A stretch of 64,000 bases of DNA, from positions 4,970-68,969 of the forward strand of contig CANBWX010000002.1 of assembly GCA_947373225.1 (NCBI GenBank), given 5' to 3'. The notes beneath the pieces were generated by a model that saw only the letters and a program-made list of their open reading frames with translations, ran no database searches and had not been told where the DNA came from. Origin of the DNA: Flavobacteriaceae bacterium (GTDB lineage: Bacteria > Bacteroidota > Bacteroidia > Flavobacteriales > Flavobacteriaceae). Made by a program: the position numbers and the translations under genes. Below are positions 1-8,610 of the stretch, piece by piece (within the stretch, counting starts at the first letter, position 1; every line of letters begins with the position of its first letter).

Positions 1-463
1 ACGGAATATAATACAATTTATTAAAGTCTTTTTCATCAGAAAAATGCTCTCTTATTATTTTCGAATGATGAATATAAGGCAGGAATTTTGCGGCTATTCC
101 GTCAGCTCTTTTTTCGTTAGAAAGTCCCAAATCGGCTTCTAAAATCACGTTTTTTATTTTATATTTTCGTTCCGCCATTAGTTTTAGCATTAACGAAGCT
201 TCGAATAAATGAGAGCCGCTCATGCCGTAATTAAAGGTTTTTAGTCCTTTTTCTTCGAATATTTGGGACACAAAATGATTGTTGGCCCTGGAAGAACCCA
301 AGATGACAACATCATAATTTCGAGCACCAGAATTAAAAACATAATCTACTTTTCCGCGATTGTGAGATTGCAAATATGCTGCCGTATAGGCCCAATCCAG
401 CACCACTAAAAGCACTAGAATGGCTAGTATGATTTTGGCGATTAATTGTATAAAGTTCCTCAT
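1..463 (-). CDS. SGNH-hydrolase-like membrane-anchored protein, 5' part (runs off window start); likely partner of the MBOAT acyltransferase
   Basis: Manual translation from ATG at 463: MRNFIQLIAKIILAILVLLVVLDWAY...DVVILGSSRANNHF...FNYGMSG, open to position 1. N-terminal TM helix, GSS block I motif, TAATG overlap with the MBOAT stop. Not in the ORF track. Confidence 0.75.
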   Translation of the reverse strand, partial: MRNFIQLIAKIILAILVLLVVLDWAYTAAYLQSHNRGKVDYVFNSGARNYDVVILGSSRANNHFVSQIFEEKGLKTFNYGMSGSHLFEASLMLKLMAERKYKIKNVILEADLGLSNEKRADGIAAKFLPYIHHSKIIREHFSDEKDFNKLYYIP

Positions 464-1896
464 TAAAATTGAAAATAGATAAATTCTTTATAATCCGAAT
501 AGGTTCCCAAAGCGATAATGACTAGTAAACACAAAACTAGTTTCAGTCCACTGTATTTTCCCGAAATAGGTTCTATTTTAAAACGACTATTCCATTCGAT
601 CAGAATAAACGCAAGAACCAACAAAATTAATTCATAACTGTAGCGTTCGTTTACCAAATATTGCGATACAAAATTTCGATTGGTGACTATTCTTTCGAGA
701 TAATCAAAGGCAATTTTAATGGATTTTGCTCTGAAAAATACCCAAGCCACGCATGATAATGTAAAAGTGGCAAGAATACTGAAGAATACTTTTATGGAAT
801 TCAAATTCCAATGCAACTCTGCCGTTTCCATATTGTCGCGGTTGGTCCCTAATAATAATGAAGGTAGAAAGTACAAAGCATTGATAAATCCCCAAGCTAA
901 AAAAGTCCAATTGGCGCCATGCCAAAACCCGCTTACCACGAATATAATGAATACATTTCGAACCTGTTTCAACTTGCTTCCGCGGCTTCCGCCAAGGGGA
1001 ATGTATAAATAATCTCGAAACCAAGAGGATAGGGAAATATGCCAGCGTCGCCAGAATTCGGCAATATCTCTTGAGAAATAAGGATAATTGAAATTCCGTA
1101 ATAAATCCAGTCCGAAGAGTTTTGACATTCCCAAAGCCATATCCGAATAGCCTGAAAAGTCGCCATAAATTTGGAACGCAAAATACACCGCGCCCAGAAT
1201 CAATGACATGGAATTCATCGAAGTATAATTGTCGAAAATAGCATTGGCATAGGTTGCACAAGTATCGGCAATCACCACTTTTTTGACTAATCCCCAAATA
1301 ATTTGGTACACACCTTCTTTGGCTTTTTCGAAATCGAAGCTTCGTTTTATTTTAACTTGTGGCAATAAATGAGTGGCTCTTTCGATAGGACCAGCCACCA
1401 AAAGCGGAAAATAACTCACGAATAAAGCATAATCAACAACGTTTTTCTCGGCTTTTATCCTTTTGTAATAAATATCAATTACATACGATAATCCGTGAAA
1501 AGTATAGAAAGAAATTCCAACCGGAAGTATAACATTTAGCAAAAACGGACTAGAATGTAACCCGATAGAAGTTAAGGCTTGCGAAAAGGAAGCTGCGAAA
1601 AAATTATAATATTTGAACGCGCCCAGAAAACCTAGATTGACGATAATACTCAACCAAAACCAGAATTTTCGACTTCGTTCGTTGGTGCTTTTTTCTATTT
1701 GAATTCCCGTGAAATAATCTAATAAGGTCGAAAAAAGCAATAAAAATAGAAAACGCCAATCCCAACAAGAATAGAAATAATAACTCACCACAATTAGAAA
1801 AGTGTTTTGCGTGCTTTTATTTTTACTAAAAACAAACCAATACAGTACAAATACGATTGGTAAAAACAGAGCAAATTGTAAAGAGTTAAAAAACAT
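463..1896 (-). CDS. MBOAT family O-acyltransferase (AlgI/DltB-like)
   Basis: MFFNSLQF start, LPVGISFYTF, DFSGYSDMA, EFWRRWHISLSSWFRDYLYIPLGG and SGFWHGANWTF (catalytic His) motifs. Confidence 0.95.
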   Translation of the reverse strand: MFFNSLQFALFLPIVFVLYWFVFSKNKSTQNTFLIVVSYYFYSCWDWRFLFLLLFSTLLDYFTGIQIEKSTNERSRKFWFWLSIIVNLGFLGAFKYYNFFAASFSQALTSIGLHSSPFLLNVILPVGISFYTFHGLSYVIDIYYKRIKAEKNVVDYALFVSYFPLLVAGPIERATHLLPQVKIKRSFDFEKAKEGVYQIIWGLVKKVVIADTCATYANAIFDNYTSMNSMSLILGAVYFAFQIYGDFSGYSDMALGMSKLFGLDLLRNFNYPYFSRDIAEFWRRWHISLSSWFRDYLYIPLGGSRGSKLKQVRNVFIIFVVSGFWHGANWTFLAWGFINALYFLPSLLLGTNRDNMETAELHWNLNSIKVFFSILATFTLSCVAWVFFRAKSIKIAFDYLERIVTNRNFVSQYLVNERYSYELILLVLAFILIEWNSRFKIEPISGKYSGLKLVLCLLVIIALGTYSDYKEFIYFQF

Positions 1897-1986
1897 TTGT
1901 TGGAATCTATGGTTTCAAAGTGTTACAAATGTAATTCTTCGAAACCAATCTAACAAAAAAGCATTCGATTGTAAATGTTCGTTGAA

Positions 1987-2070
1987 TCAAAACTGATAAA
2001 TACCGTTTGGCGTCACGCAATAATCTAATTTTACGTCATTATCGAAAACATCCTTAATAACTGCTAACTT
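1987..2070 (-). pseudogene. Displaced duplicate of the 3' end of the 5-formyl-THF cyclo-ligase gene
   Basis: Translates as KLAVIKDVFDNDVKLDYCVTPNGIYQF*, versus ETIIEDVFENDVKLDYCVTPNTVYRF* at the end of the intact gene (3804-4367). In-frame stop immediately upstream and no start codon. Confidence 0.9.
2009..2040. repeat. 32-bp direct repeat, copy 1
   Basis: GGCGTCACGCAATAATCTAATTTTACGTCATT, identical to 3826-3857. Confidence 0.95.
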
Positions 2071-2075
2071 TTAAC

Positions 2076-2105
2076 AAAAAAAACCGCTCTATTGCTAGAA
2101 CGGTT
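2076..2105 (-). terminator. Intrinsic terminator of the T9SS cargo gene
   Basis: Minus strand: AACCGTTCT-loop-AGAGCGGTT followed by a T run. Confidence 0.7.
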
Positions 2106-2134
2106 ATTTTTAATTGTAAATGGTTAATTATCAA

Positions 2135-2998
2135 TTACTCTTTTATAATTTTTTGTGTTGCTGTTGCGTTACCCTCTGCGGTAGTATTTAGCATATAAAC
2201 TCCTTTTGGCAAAGCAGTTATATCTACCTGAACCTCATTGGCATTGGCAGTTTGGGTTTTTAGCAATTTGCCTTCTAATGAGTACACTTGCACCTGCCCA
2301 ATGTTTTGGGTGCTTTTTATAGTAACAATACCTGTGGTGGGGTTGGGGTATAGCTGATTTTTGGCAGTTGCCACTACCGATGGTGTAGCAAGCGTAGTGG
2401 TTACATAGGTCTTGAAGTATAAGTCATAGTCTACTTCATAAAAAAAATAAGGAGGAGGAAGACCATCAGAATAGTGACTATCTGGCTCAATAGCAGAACC
2501 ATTTGCATAGCTGCTAACATTGTTAGCGTATGCTACAGAACTGATATCGGCGGTAGCTAACATAAAAGCATATTTGGTACCTGCAGTTACGCTATAGGGA
2601 CTTGCAAAAGTAAAGGTGTAGTCGGTTGCGATGTTGCCCGACACCGTAGCCGTGGCACTTGCCAATACCGTGGTAGTAACAGGAATACCGCTTGAGTCAG
2701 TCGTATAAAGATTCATCGTGGTGGTGCCTCCCGCGCCTGAAGTGCTCAATTGTAGAATAATCTTTGATAAAGATCCTGTAAGCCCTGCAGTAAAGGTTTG
2801 ACCAAACAAAAAGCTCGAATATCCTGTATAGTCCACACTTGTAGTTTGTTGCTGGTCGAGGGTTTGTGCCTGTGCATTGGCAAAAAAGAAGAACGAACAA
2901 AGCAACAAGAGGCTTCTTGTCAACTTGTTGTTAATCAGTTTTTTAATAAAATGGGGGGGGGTAAAAACCGCTCCGCTAAAAGGTAAAAGATTTTTCAT
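2135..2998 (-). CDS. Secreted protein with T9SS type A C-terminal sorting domain
   Basis: Signal peptide ending FFFANAQAQ, Thr/Ser-rich beta domain (GQTFTAG...DLYFKTYV), CTD LYPNPTTG...LPKGVYML...QKIIKE. Confidence 0.9.
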   Translation of the reverse strand: MKNLLPFSGAVFTPPHFIKKLINNKLTRSLLLLCSFFFFANAQAQTLDQQQTTSVDYTGYSSFLFGQTFTAGLTGSLSKIILQLSTSGAGGTTTMNLYTTDSSGIPVTTTVLASATATVSGNIATDYTFTFASPYSVTAGTKYAFMLATADISSVAYANNVSSYANGSAIEPDSHYSDGLPPPYFFYEVDYDLYFKTYVTTTLATPSVVATAKNQLYPNPTTGIVTIKSTQNIGQVQVYSLEGKLLKTQTANANEVQVDITALPKGVYMLNTTAEGNATATQKIIKE

Positions 2999-3213
2999 TT
3001 TTTTTAAATTTAAAAATTATCCTACAAAGTGAAAACATTTTTTTGAGATACACAATAAGGGCTAACCTTTATTTTTATGCTAGGGGTAAAAATTTAATCT
3101 ACTACAAATGAAGCGTTTGTGTTTTTTTAGGTTTTTATTTTTTTAAAAAAATGAAAAATAAAACGTCGGAGGGTGGGGGAATTAGGGATTAAATAAATAA
3201 AACAACTTTTTTT

Positions 3214-3234
3214 CGTATTCTATACGTATATTTG
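3214..3234 (+). promoter_or_regulatory. -7 promoter box of the TA operon overlapped by palindromes (putative operator)
   Basis: TATATTTG at 3227-3234, palindrome TATACGTATA at 3221-3230, inverted repeat CGTAT-TCT-ATACG at 3214-3226. Confidence 0.6.
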
Positions 3235-3251
3235 CTGTAAATTTTACAGTT

Positions 3252-3503
3252 ATGTTACAGGCAAAAAACAGAAAAGAAATAACATTAGATGCTCAAACGC
3301 TTTCTATACTTCAATTCCAAGCAGAAAAACAAGGTAGAAAACTCAAAAATTATATGGAACAAGTGCTTAAAGAGCAAGCGAATAGTTTTGAATTGACCGA
3401 TGAATACAAAGCGATGATGGATGCAATGTTGGATAAACACGAAAAAGGAACATTAAAATATACCCCTTGGGGAGATGCCAAAAAAGAATTATTTAGCAAA
3501 TAA
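3252..3503 (+). CDS. Putative antitoxin (RHH-like N-terminus)
   Basis: 83 aa, directly upstream of the toxin with TAATG coupling; RKEITLD...LKNYMEQVL N-terminus and YTPWGDAKKEL tail typical of addiction-module components. Confidence 0.7.
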   Translation: MLQAKNRKEITLDAQTLSILQFQAEKQGRKLKNYMEQVLKEQANSFELTDEYKAMMDAMLDKHEKGTLKYTPWGDAKKELFSK

Positions 3504-3781
3504 TGCATTATTTTATTGAACTTTCAGACGAAGCAAAACTTGATATTAAAGAGGCTTTAGAGTATTATACTGCTATTTCTATATCATTAAAAGATAGATT
3601 TGAAGTTGCATTAACTAAATCTATTGAATTACTGTTTAAAAATCCGCTACATCATCAGGTACGATATAGAAAAATTCGTATTGTTTTTACAGAAGTATTT
3701 CCGTACGGAATACATTATATAGTTGAAAATGAGCATATATATGTTTTAAAAATACTACACACCAAAAGGTTTTTTAAATAA
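3503..3781 (+). CDS. RelE/ParE family toxin
   Basis: 92 aa; SDEAKLDIKEALEYY...NPLHH...IRIVFTEVFPYGIHY...VLKILHTKR pattern. Confidence 0.85.
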   Translation: MHYFIELSDEAKLDIKEALEYYTAISISLKDRFEVALTKSIELLFKNPLHHQVRYRKIRIVFTEVFPYGIHYIVENEHIYVLKILHTKRFFK

Positions 3782-3803
3782 AAAAACCGCCGAGAACTAG
3801 AGA

Positions 3804-4367
3804 TCAAAATCGATAAACGGTATTCGGCGTCACGCAATAATCTAATTTTACGTCATTCTCAAAAACATCTTCAATTATTGTTTCGGCTTCAAAAAAAGAA
3901 AGCCCAATTTTGATGGTTTCTGGCTTGCATTCTGTTAAGAATTTATCATAAAATCCTTTGCCATAACCAGCGCGATGTCCGGCTTTATCGAAAGCCAAAA
4001 GCGGTACAAAAACAACTTCAATTTTGCTGGTAGGAACTTCTAAACCATCAATAGGTTCGGGAATATTGTATTCGTTTTTCTTGATTTTGGTATTATCTGT
4101 CAAAAGAAAATGGGTCATATTCCGAGTTTCGAAATCACTTTTCGAAACAATAATTTCCTTGTCTTTTCCGGAAAGTAAATGCAAAATAAATTCGGTATTG
4201 ACTTCTTTGTGTTCCGTTATAGGTAAAAAAATATGAAAATAGTTTTTCTCCCAAATAGGAAGAGTCAGTACTTCATTGGCAATAGCCAGACTCATTTCCT
4301 CCAAATCATTTTCGGAAAGTTGGTTTCGAAAGGCTTTATATTTCTGCCTTAATTCTTTTTTAAGCAT
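3804..4367 (-). CDS. ygfA: 5-formyltetrahydrofolate cyclo-ligase
   Basis: KKELRQ start, IPEP, VPLLAFDKAGHRAGYGKGFYDKFL, DVKLDYCVTP. Confidence 0.95.
   Translation of the reverse strand: MLKKELRQKYKAFRNQLSENDLEEMSLAIANEVLTLPIWEKNYFHIFLPITEHKEVNTEFILHLLSGKDKEIIVSKSDFETRNMTHFLLTDNTKIKKNEYNIPEPIDGLEVPTSKIEVVFVPLLAFDKAGHRAGYGKGFYDKFLTECKPETIKIGLSFFEAETIIEDVFENDVKLDYCVTPNTVYRF
3826..3857. repeat. 32-bp direct repeat, copy 2 (inside the ygfA 3' end)
   Basis: Identical to 2009-2040. Confidence 0.95.
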
Positions 4368-5598
4368 GCGCCAAAGCTTTCAATTCGTTTATAAAAGCAG
4401 TCAAATGTTGCACTTCTACGTGATCCATAAGTACAATTTTGTACCATTTATTGCCTTCATTATGTTGCTCGGGAACCAAATCATATTTCTTGGCAATTTC
4501 CTCCGGAATATATTCCGAATGAATCGTCACAATATTCATGAAAGATTCACGGAAATAGTTGATGTTCAATTCGTCGAGTTCATGACACAAAAACTGAGTT
4601 CTCATTTGCAAAACACTCACTTTTTCGAACCAGCCATAAGGCCCATAAGTAAACAAAATCATCCAAACCGCGACGGCATTCGCCCCAGAACGACTTCCGC
4701 AAAGGGTAAGATCCATTCCTTCGACATACTCGGCTTCCTTGGTCAATACATTTTCAATCAGTCCTTTTCGGCAAATGAAAACGCCAGTTCCATAAGGAGA
4801 TTGCAACATTTTATGCGCATCGATCGTGATGGAACTTATCTTTGGGTTACTAAAATTAATTGTCGATTTCTGGTTGCTAAACGGATATACGAAACCGCCG
4901 TAAGCCCCGTCAATATGGAGTTTATAGTCTAAATTGTGTTTTTCTAAAACTTGGGTGTAATCATCGGGATTGTCAACAGATCCAAACATGGTAGTTCCCA
5001 TATTGGCAACAGCTATAAAATATTTTTTTCCGCTTTGTTTGGCGGCAATAATCGCTTGTTCCAATGCGGTTTTATCAATTTCTCTGTTTTCGTAAGCAAC
5101 AGGAATTTTCAACCAATCGAGCATCAAAAGATTGGCGCCTTTCGGGATAGAATAATGCGTGTCTTCGGAAGCTAAAATGGCAATTTCATCCAATTTGGCG
5201 CCCTTTTGATACATAAAAAAGTTGCGATACATCCAGATGGCTTGAATGTTGGCTTCGGTTCCGCCGGGCGAAATATAGCCGTCGATCGTTTCGGGTTTAG
5301 CTTTGAAAATATCAACCGCAATAACATTCAACACTTCACGCTCTATTTCCTGCGTTCCTTTGAAAGCACTTTCGGAAGTTCCCAAAGTGTGGCAGCCAAT
5401 ATGATTAGGATTTGCCACATAAGTTTGCAAAGTTGGTGCGTCTTTCAAAAAAGGTGCATCGTCATAAAACACTTTTCCGTCTAATTTTGAAGCGGGATAT
5501 CCAAGGGAAGCATCTTTAGAAAAATTTACATTTTCGTTTAATGCTTTTTGTATTCTATTTTTTCGTTCTTCTTGTGAGAGTTTTTTCCAATAAATCAT
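4360..5598 (-). CDS. Group II PLP-dependent amino-acid decarboxylase (substrate unknown)
   Basis: SPGGTEANIQA, THYSIPK, GTTMFGSVD, LHIDGAYGG, SITIDAHKM (PLP lysine). Confidence 0.9.
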   Translation of the reverse strand: MIYWKKLSQEERKNRIQKALNENVNFSKDASLGYPASKLDGKVFYDDAPFLKDAPTLQTYVANPNHIGCHTLGTSESAFKGTQEIEREVLNVIAVDIFKAKPETIDGYISPGGTEANIQAIWMYRNFFMYQKGAKLDEIAILASEDTHYSIPKGANLLMLDWLKIPVAYENREIDKTALEQAIIAAKQSGKKYFIAVANMGTTMFGSVDNPDDYTQVLEKHNLDYKLHIDGAYGGFVYPFSNQKSTINFSNPKISSITIDAHKMLQSPYGTGVFICRKGLIENVLTKEAEYVEGMDLTLCGSRSGANAVAVWMILFTYGPYGWFEKVSVLQMRTQFLCHELDELNINYFRESFMNIVTIHSEYIPEEIAKKYDLVPEQHNEGNKWYKIVLMDHVEVQHLTAFINELKALAHA

Positions 5599-5692
5599 TG
5601 CTAATTTTTTTTAGTTTCTTGAATGCAAAAGTTTTAGAAAATTATTTTTTCGAAAACTAAGCTAACAAATGTAATTCTTAAAATCCGGATTT

Positions 5693-6679
5693 TTATTTTT
5701 CTTCGCTATTGCTTACTAAATTCGACAGGTGATAAATCGCATCGCCTTGATACACAATTGGCGAATGATTGGCATTAATTACATAACCGTCATTTGGAGC
5801 TTTTACTTTTTGTTCAAATTTTCCAAAAGGATCCGTAATTGTGGCAAGCAAAGTTCCTTTTTTTACAAAACTACCAATGGTTTTGTAATCGTGTAATAAT
5901 CCGGAAGATTTGGCTCTAATCCATCGCGATTTTTCAATGTAAATTGATGGTAAATTTGGTTTTTCCGCGCTGTGTTTTGGGTCTAACATATTAAGGTGCG
6001 ACAATAATCGTTTGGCACCATTTACACCTTCGTCAGCAATTGACGTATTAATATCAAGTGATTTTCCACCTTCATAAAGTAACATTTTTACCTTTAATTT
6101 TTCGCTTGAATTTCTAAAAGAACCCAAAATATTTTTCGAATATAAAGTAAATGGTGCGTTAAAAACATCGGCTAGAAGTTTTAATTCGGCATCGTTTTGA
6201 ACCAGTCGGATTTGCGACGCATTGAATCTGCTGGCTCCACCGGAATGAAAATCGACAGCGTAATTTACAATTGGCATAATTTCGGTTAGAATATGAAAAG
6301 CAAATCGACTTGCCAAAGAGCCTTTTTTGCTTCCCGGAAAAACACGATTCAAGTCTCTTCCGTCAGGAAATTCTCTTGATCTATTGACAAACCCAAACAT
6401 GTTGATTATGGGAATGCAAATAATGGTTCCTGTTTTTGGCTTATTGATTTTTTTGGCAATGAGCTGTCGAACTATTTCAACACCATTTATTTCATCACCG
6501 TGAATTCCTGCCGAAAAAAGCACAACAGGTCCTTCAATTTTAGAACGTTGAACAATAATCGGAATTTTGAGTTTTGTGGTATTATGTAATTTGGCGATTT
6601 CCATATAAATGGTTTTGCTTTCGCCAGGCAAAATATCTTCGCCTAATATTGTGATGTGTTTTTGCGGATTTTTTGTCAT
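5693..6679 (-). CDS. Succinylglutamate desuccinylase/aspartoacylase family (M14-like) protein
   Basis: AGIHGDEING, DLNRVFPG, VDFHSG, YEGG motifs. Confidence 0.9.
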   Translation of the reverse strand: MTKNPQKHITILGEDILPGESKTIYMEIAKLHNTTKLKIPIIVQRSKIEGPVVLFSAGIHGDEINGVEIVRQLIAKKINKPKTGTIICIPIINMFGFVNRSREFPDGRDLNRVFPGSKKGSLASRFAFHILTEIMPIVNYAVDFHSGGASRFNASQIRLVQNDAELKLLADVFNAPFTLYSKNILGSFRNSSEKLKVKMLLYEGGKSLDINTSIADEGVNGAKRLLSHLNMLDPKHSAEKPNLPSIYIEKSRWIRAKSSGLLHDYKTIGSFVKKGTLLATITDPFGKFEQKVKAPNDGYVINANHSPIVYQGDAIYHLSNLVSNSEEK

Positions 6680-6804
6680 AATTACTTGAAAGTATAAAAG
6701 TAACCATAATTACGAATTCGTGCGTATTTTTTAGAAAAACTGTTTGCCAAAACAAATTGGAAAGTGAAATTTGTAATTAGGAATTTTCAGGCTAACTTTG
6801 TTTT

Positions 6805-8610
6805 ATGAATAAACCCACTCTCGAACTCCAAATTCAAACCTTGCCAGACGGTCCAGGCGTATATCAATATTATGATAAGGAAGGGAAGATTTTATATGTG
6901 GGCAAAGCCAAAAATTTAAAAAAGAGAGTTTCTTCGTATTTCAATAAAATTCATGATACGGCCAAAACTAATGTGCTGGTCAAGAAAATTGTAACCATAA
7001 AACACATCGTTGTTCCCACCGAAACCGATGCGCTTTTATTGGAAAACAACCTCATAAAAACACTGCAACCGCGCTATAATGTGTTGTTGCGTGACGACAA
7101 AAGTTATCCTTGGCTTTGCATCAAAAAAGAGCCTTTTTCCAGAATATTTTCGACTCGAAGAATGGTTAAAGATGGTTCGGAATATTTTGGTCCTTACACG
7201 AGTTTCAAGACTGTGAATACTATTTTGGAATTAATTCGGGAATTGTATCCGCTACGGACTTGCAATTTTGATTTGAGTAAATCGAATATTGAAAACAATA
7301 AATTCAAGGTTTGTCTCGAATATCATATTGGCAATTGCAAAGGGCCTTGCGAAGGTTATGAATCTTTAGAAAATTATCAAAAACAGGTGAACGCTATTCG
7401 TGAGATCCTGAAAGGAAATTTCAAGGAAAGTATGAAGGATTTTAGAAAATTAATGACAGATCTGGCAAAGGAAATGCACTTTGAAGAAGCTCAAAAAATA
7501 AAGGAGAAAATAGAAATTCTCGAAAATTACCAATCTCGTTCGACAATCGTAAACCCAAAAATCACGAATATTGATGTGTTTTCGATAGTTTCTGACGAAA
7601 GTTCCGCTTATGTAAATTTTCTTCAAATTTCCCACGGTTCGATTATACGTTCGCACACCATGGAAATCAAAAAGAAACTGGACGAAACCGACGAAGAATT
7701 ATTAGAACTGGCAATAATCGAACTTCGGGAGCGTTTTCAATTATTGTCAAAAGAAATAATAGTTCCTTTTGAAGTGGATTTGGGCGAAAATTTAAAAGTT
7801 TCCGTTCCGCAATTGGGTGATAAAAAGCAAATTTTGGATTTATCTATTCGCAACGCCAAATTTTACCGAATTGAACAATTAAAACAACTGCAAATTGTAG
7901 ATCCCGAAAGGCATTCGAATCGTATTATGGCACAAATGCAGAAAGATTTACGATTGCCGGTTGAACCGCGCCACATAGAATGTTTTGACAATTCGAATAT
8001 TCAAGGAACCAATCCCGTTGCGGCTTGCGTGGTTTTTAAGGATGGAAAACCAAGCAAAAAAGAGTATCGCCATTTTAATATAAAAACCGTCGAAGGCCCT
8101 GATGATTTTGCTTCGATGACCGAAGTTGTCTATCGTCGTTACAAACGATTATTAGACGAAAATCAGCCTTTGCCGCAGCTTATTATTATTGATGGTGGAA
8201 AAGGACAATTGTCATCGGCTTTGAAAAGCATTGACGAATTAGGATTGCGCGGTAAAATTGCCATTATTGGTATTGCCAAACGCTTGGAGGAATTGTTTTA
8301 TCCGGGCGATTCGATTCCGTTGTATTTAGACAAAAAATCCGAAACATTGAAGGTAATTCAGCAATTACGAAATGAAGCGCACCGTTTCGGAATCACTTTT
8401 CATCGGGATAAAAGAAGCAAATCGGCGCTTAATTCTTCGATTGAAAGTATTCCGGGAATTGGCGAAAAAACGATGTTGACACTAATTCAGCATTTTAAAA
8501 GTGTAAAAAGATTGAAATTAGCCACCGAAAAAGAAATTTCGGACGTTATTGGATTATCAAAAGCCAAAAAAATTACCGACTTTTACAAAACCAATAATGA
8601 GTCAAAATGA
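6805..8610 (+). CDS. uvrC: Excinuclease ABC subunit C
   Basis: GIY-YIG N-terminus (PGVYQY...YVGKAKNLKKRVSSYF), IECFDNS, IDGGKGQ, C-terminal HhH; TAACTTTG -7 box just upstream. Confidence 0.98.
   Translation: MNKPTLELQIQTLPDGPGVYQYYDKEGKILYVGKAKNLKKRVSSYFNKIHDTAKTNVLVKKIVTIKHIVVPTETDALLLENNLIKTLQPRYNVLLRDDKSYPWLCIKKEPFSRIFSTRRMVKDGSEYFGPYTSFKTVNTILELIRELYPLRTCNFDLSKSNIENNKFKVCLEYHIGNCKGPCEGYESLENYQKQVNAIREILKGNFKESMKDFRKLMTDLAKEMHFEEAQKIKEKIEILENYQSRSTIVNPKITNIDVFSIVSDESSAYVNFLQISHGSIIRSHTMEIKKKLDETDEELLELAIIELRERFQLLSKEIIVPFEVDLGENLKVSVPQLGDKKQILDLSIRNAKFYRIEQLKQLQIVDPERHSNRIMAQMQKDLRLPVEPRHIECFDNSNIQGTNPVAACVVFKDGKPSKKEYRHFNIKTVEGPDDFASMTEVVYRRYKRLLDENQPLPQLIIIDGGKGQLSSALKSIDELGLRGKIAIIGIAKRLEELFYPGDSIPLYLDKKSETLKVIQQLRNEAHRFGITFHRDKRSKSALNSSIESIPGIGEKTMLTLIQHFKSVKRLKLATEKEISDVIGLSKAKKITDFYKTNNESK

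Larger units (their letters stand above)
2009..3857. mobile_element. Small genomic islet (T9SS cargo gene + TA pair) inserted at the 3' end of the 5-formyl-THF cyclo-ligase gene; no integrase
   Basis: Flanked by a 32-bp identical direct repeat within a duplicated gene end (offset 1817 bp); typical accessory cargo. Confidence 0.7.

Noticed and set aside
716-1297. Alternative ORFs overlapping the MBOAT gene (716-1297, 719-1012, 969-1181, 1802-1996)
   Set aside because: Shadow frames of a well-supported gene, with no motifs.
4276-4932. 218-aa plus-strand ORF
   Set aside because: Antisense to ygfA and the decarboxylase, with no recognisable domain.
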